Assembly: GCA_045837725.1 (NCBI GenBank)
Contig: JBEWZL010000084.1
Location: 248,001-312,000 of the forward strand
DNA length: 64,000 bases
Reading direction: 5' to 3'
DNA from: Vermamoeba vermiformis
Lineage: Eukaryota
The position numbers and the translations under genes are program-made. The notes beneath the pieces were generated by a model. The model had not been told where the DNA came from, made no database searches, and was given only the letters and a program-made list of their open reading frames with translations. Below, in pieces: positions 61,939-64,000 of the stretch (within the stretch, counting starts at the first letter, position 1; each line of letters starts with the position of its first letter).

Positions 61939-64000
61939 ATGTGGCGTTCTCTGACGAACATAGCCAAAGTAGTTGCTAAACCGAGTAAAAATGCCAAGAT
62001 TTTCAATAATAAGACGCTCTTTAGGCAGAACTCCACGCAGTAAGTCAGATCTTTAAAACTACAAACACAAGAAATTATTTAAAATCTTATAAAATTGTAA
62101 AATAACCTGCGCATATCGGAATACCGATTAAAATATCCCTTTTTAATTTCTCGTAATAACTCTAACTCATAGGGCCGCTCCAAAGAAGAGATCCCTTGCC
62201 AAAGTTTTTGGCTACACCTTAGGCGGTCTTACAGTAGCCACCGGAGCAGGATTATTAGCAGGATCTTTATATGCAGATATGAGCGTGCCTTTATTCACCA
62301 AACACACGGTCAGATTTCTTCGTACCGCTTATGTGGTAAGAGATCGCGCTACGAAAAATTAATTGCTAGCTTTTTTTCAAATTAGATTCGTGATAATTAA
62401 TTACTTTCATCGTTTTATTATAGGGCGCATTGATTTCTTGGGATTACAAGTGGTCTCTTCGAGATATCGAAAGAAAAGATCCGCGGTACATGCCAATCGT
62501 TAATGAAGTAAGATTTTGCCTTTTTTAGCAATTAGTCTTTAATATGAAACATTTATAACCCTATATTTTACTGTTGCAGTTCGAATTTGATATCGATAAG
62601 AAAAGTTAGATCTAACTTTTTTGACAGGTCAATCTAAGAACAGCCAAACGACTGCTGGACTTATGTTATGCAAATAGAGGCATTTATGTTAAAGCTGGAC
62701 AACATTTAGCGTCGTTAAATCAAGTATTGCCGAAAGAATTTACCGACACTATGGCGGTGTTGCAAGACAAGGTAACACTATTAGAATTACCTCATAAGAA
62801 AATGCCATAATTCAATTAAATATAATACTAATTTTCTCGTTAGGCGCAATATCAGCCGTTATCAGCAGTCGAAGAAGTTTTTCGTGAAGATTTTAATCGA
62901 TTGCCAAACGAAATGTAAGTTCAAAATAGTCGAAACGGAAATACTTCCTAATTTAGTAATTGCTTACTATTTTATTAGATTTGCAACGTTTGATCCGGTT
63001 CCGATCGCTGCAGCTTCGCTCGCGCAAGTTCACGTAGCGACTTTAGCTGACGGAAGAAAATGCGCCGTAAAAGTTCAATATCCCGACATATGGCACATGT
63101 TTAGAGGCGACATTAAGACTATAGAGTTCATGGTCAATACTATCGCCTACTTATTCCCCGACTTTCAGTTCTCGTGGATCGTACCTGAGTTCAAAGAATT
63201 TTTGACCGAAGAGTTGGATTTTATTAATGAAGGCAAAAACGCTGAAAAAATTCAAAGTTTTTTCCCGAATAACAAGCAAATTCAGATTCCTAAGATTTAT
63301 TGGGTAAGTATGACGGATCCTTCACTTTTTGCCTTATTAGGCAAGACTACCCGAATCAATCACGTGACGGGCATTCACTGAAATTCGATGTCGCATCGCT
63401 GCAGGTCAATATTTCCTTTTTTGGTTACTATCCGCGAAAATAACTCTATTTTATCATTCATCATAGATTAACATTTCCTTTAATAGAACTACAGTACTAA
63501 ACGAGTCTTAACGATGGAGTTCTGTGAAGGAGTTAAAATCAACGATGTGCAGGGCATTGAGAACATGAAGCTGGACAAGGCTGAAGTCGCTAAACTTTTG
63601 ATCGATTTGTTCAGTGAACAGATTTTCGTGCATGGATTTGTACATAGGCAAGTTTAATCAACCATATTATTTAATTCTCTATTATCGAAAGATCGGTTTT
63701 AAGTACGTTTGTTTGCTCTGGATCCGTCGATGACAAAATGACACGTGTCAATTTTTCTTTACACAAGTCATAGTTTTTAACGTATTTTTGCAATTATAGT
63801 GACCCTCATCCCGGAAATATTCTCGTGGCTCCGTTAGATCCAAACTGGCGAACAAGTAACAAAAAGAACTTGAAGCCTAAGATTATGTTACTCGATCACG
63901 GCCTCTACAAAACGTAAGCGCAAATGACGCCTATTAATAGTATTAATATTAATATTCATATTTAGCCTGCCTAATGAATTGCGTGTTGATTACTGCGAAT
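61939..64000 (+). CDS. ABC1/UbiB atypical kinase (ADCK1/ADCK5-like), 3'-truncated by window
   Basis: Basic N-terminus resembling a mitochondrial presequence. GIYVKAGQH, LQDKA, PIAAASLAQVH, AVKVQYP, ELDFINEG, VLTMEF, HSDPHPGN and LLDHGLY. GC-AG intron at 63648-63799. Confidence 0.92.

Noticed and set aside
1-64000. CRISPR arrays, rRNA, tRNA and prokaryotic operons
   Set aside because: None recognised; the sequence is spliceosomal-intron-rich eukaryotic DNA, and most short ORFs in the track are exon fragments or antisense shadows.

Overview
AT-rich, gene-dense, intron-rich eukaryotic nuclear DNA, most consistent with a free-living amoebozoan protist (inferred from short GT-AG introns, a Zn2Cys6 factor, a TKL receptor kinase, DEX1 and giant-virus-style ankyrin/F-box genes). 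I reconstructed about 25 protein-coding genes by reading splice sites: NADPH-cytochrome P450 reductase (partial), a beta-trefoil/TPR/PI3K-family kinase, a Zn2Cys6 factor, a CBM20-EEP hydrolase, a RING E3, an F-BAR-2xSH3 protein, MTMR14, a viral-type F-box/ankyrin gene, DEX1, MAPEG, an LRR/F-box fusion, GGT, a secreted NTF2/SnoaL protein, an SDS22-like LRR, NRS/ER, an ankyrin protein, two orphans, a mucin-like GPI protein, CZIB/DUF866, an APC permease, a Kelch-Ig-TM-TKL kinase, two tandem F-box-ankyrin paralogs, a Cys-rich secreted protein and an ADCK/ABC1 kinase (partial). The most notable signals lie outside the ORF track. (1) Two recurrent intronic motifs: the 12-bp palindrome TGACACGTGTCA and AGATCCG/CGGATCT. 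(2) A sharply CpG-depleted island over the viral-type ankyrin gene. (3) A 1,037-bp non-autonomous TIR transposon with an 8-bp TSD inside a bidirectional promoter. (4) A U12-type AT-AC intron in DEX1. (5) Apparent frameshift/nonsense lesions in GGT and in the 5' end of the receptor kinase. Exon boundaries and counts were read by eye and may be off by a few bases. No database searches were run.
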